DNA of 63,998 nt, filler included, from Hyphochytrium catenoides (lineage: Eukaryota > Protista > Hyphochytriomycota): assembly GCA_900088475.1 (NCBI GenBank). It is 14 parts of 14 records of this genome, joined end to end, with 100 filler letters (N's around TTAATTAATTAA, not from the genome) between each part and the next. Parts side by side here need not be neighbours in the genome. Positions count along the whole stretch, not along the records: positions 62,988 to 63,998 come from FLMG01002205.1; 13 more parts are not named here. One strand, 5' to 3'. The notes below the pieces were generated by a model. It was not told the origin of the DNA. It saw nothing but the letters and a program-made list of their open reading frames with translations, and ran no database searches. Of this stretch, positions 63,120 through 63,998 are shown in pieces. A program made the translations under genes and the position numbers. Positions within the stretch are counted from its first letter, which is position 1. Every line of letters begins with the position of its first letter.

Positions 63120-63998
63120 CCGCAAGAGCAATACTGTCTCCCGAGTCCCCGGATGGGTGATACTTTAAGCTGCACCAAGAAAGTCGTCCACCCTCGTCCT
63201 ACGCAATGTCAATAGCCACGAAGCAAAACAAAGCAGCCTAACCTACCAACGGCGCCAGTGCTGCATGAGCTCACTGACTGAGGGGTTTGCGAAGACAGTC
63301 CACTCAAGGCCAGGATTGTACTTGGCCGCGCTAAGAAAGCTCAAGCAACAGAGATTCTGAGGAACTCTCACAGTGTCCGCAGCTCTACCTCTTCAGCTTG
63401 AGATCAATGCCTTTTTTCCATCAAAACTCCATCAGTTTTCTTATAAAAACATCTTTGTCCCTTGCCCTTCGAAGGATTTTTCTGCGCTCTGTCTGCAGAA
63501 GCGCTCAGAACCCGAAAATCATAGTTTAGGGTTTGATGGTAACTGATCTCTAGTTCTTGAAGTTGCAGTCTTGGGTCCAGGGTGAAACTGCTTTTGGGGG
63601 TGGCCGGGTTGTTGGTTATAATATGCTCCCGGACTATGGGATGCAGGGGATATTGTGCAGGTTGGATGTATGGACTAATGCAGTAGCCAGGCGTAATAAT
63701 ATGGCATCATTGATGGTCTCTTCTCTTCCTCTTCTCCGCTTCTCTCCTTAGCTGTCTCCTTGCTTCTTCCTCTTCTCTCTCTCTTTGTGTGTTTCTTCTG
63801 TCTGTCTCTCTGCCTCGGTGTCCCCCTCCTCGCTCGGTTCCTCTCTCTCTCTCTCTCTTTTCTCTCTTCGCTGTCTCTTCTTTCTCTCTCTCTTACTCTC
63901 TTTCTCTTTTTCTCCCTCTCCCTCTCTCTCTTCCCTCAGTCTCTCCTCTGTCTCTGTCTCTGTTTCTCTTTCTCTCTGTTTTCTCTCTCTCTCTCTCT

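Noticed and set aside
63520-63540. TTTAGGG telomere-like seeds (also near 30283 and 58145)
   Set aside because: Single or degenerate units only, no array.

Overview
Eukaryotic genomic DNA, not prokaryotic. It comes from an intron-rich protist; the Tctex-1, CDS and HGH1 proteins look stramenopile-like to me, which is inference. The window is an artificial concatenation of 14 contigs joined by 13 identical 100-bp spacers (N44-TTAATTAATTAA-N44), so adjacency across spacers is not biological. Most long ORFs in the supplied track are (AG)n/(CT)n microsatellite artefacts, and the real genes had to be spliced by hand. Supported genes: CDP-diacylglycerol synthase (9 exons, complete), Tctex-1 dynein light chain, an RBR E3 ligase, HGH1, a YwrD/LmbA-type gamma-glutamyltranspeptidase (17 visible exons), partial NOP53-like, SAC3/GANP, LCMT1/PPM1 and tetraspanin-like genes, an MGxxxS EF-hand-like protein, several hypothetical genes and two identical tRNA-Gly(GCC) genes. 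Between them lie decayed transposons (Gag knuckle, LINE RT, hAT-like, Helitron/Helentron-like), tandem duplications and two long inverted repeats. Best leads: (1) strand-polarised GA/CT repeats in introns, in several cases GA-first then CT so that the intron could fold back; (2) an intron-poor island with a virus-like (MSV199/AntA-type) ORF split in-frame by a rolling-circle-type element, plus a small NQLNPNN-repeat protein; (3) C>T decay at CpA as well as CpG in repeats; (4) long hairpin-forming inverted repeats, one between the tRNA pair. None of these is proven from sequence alone.
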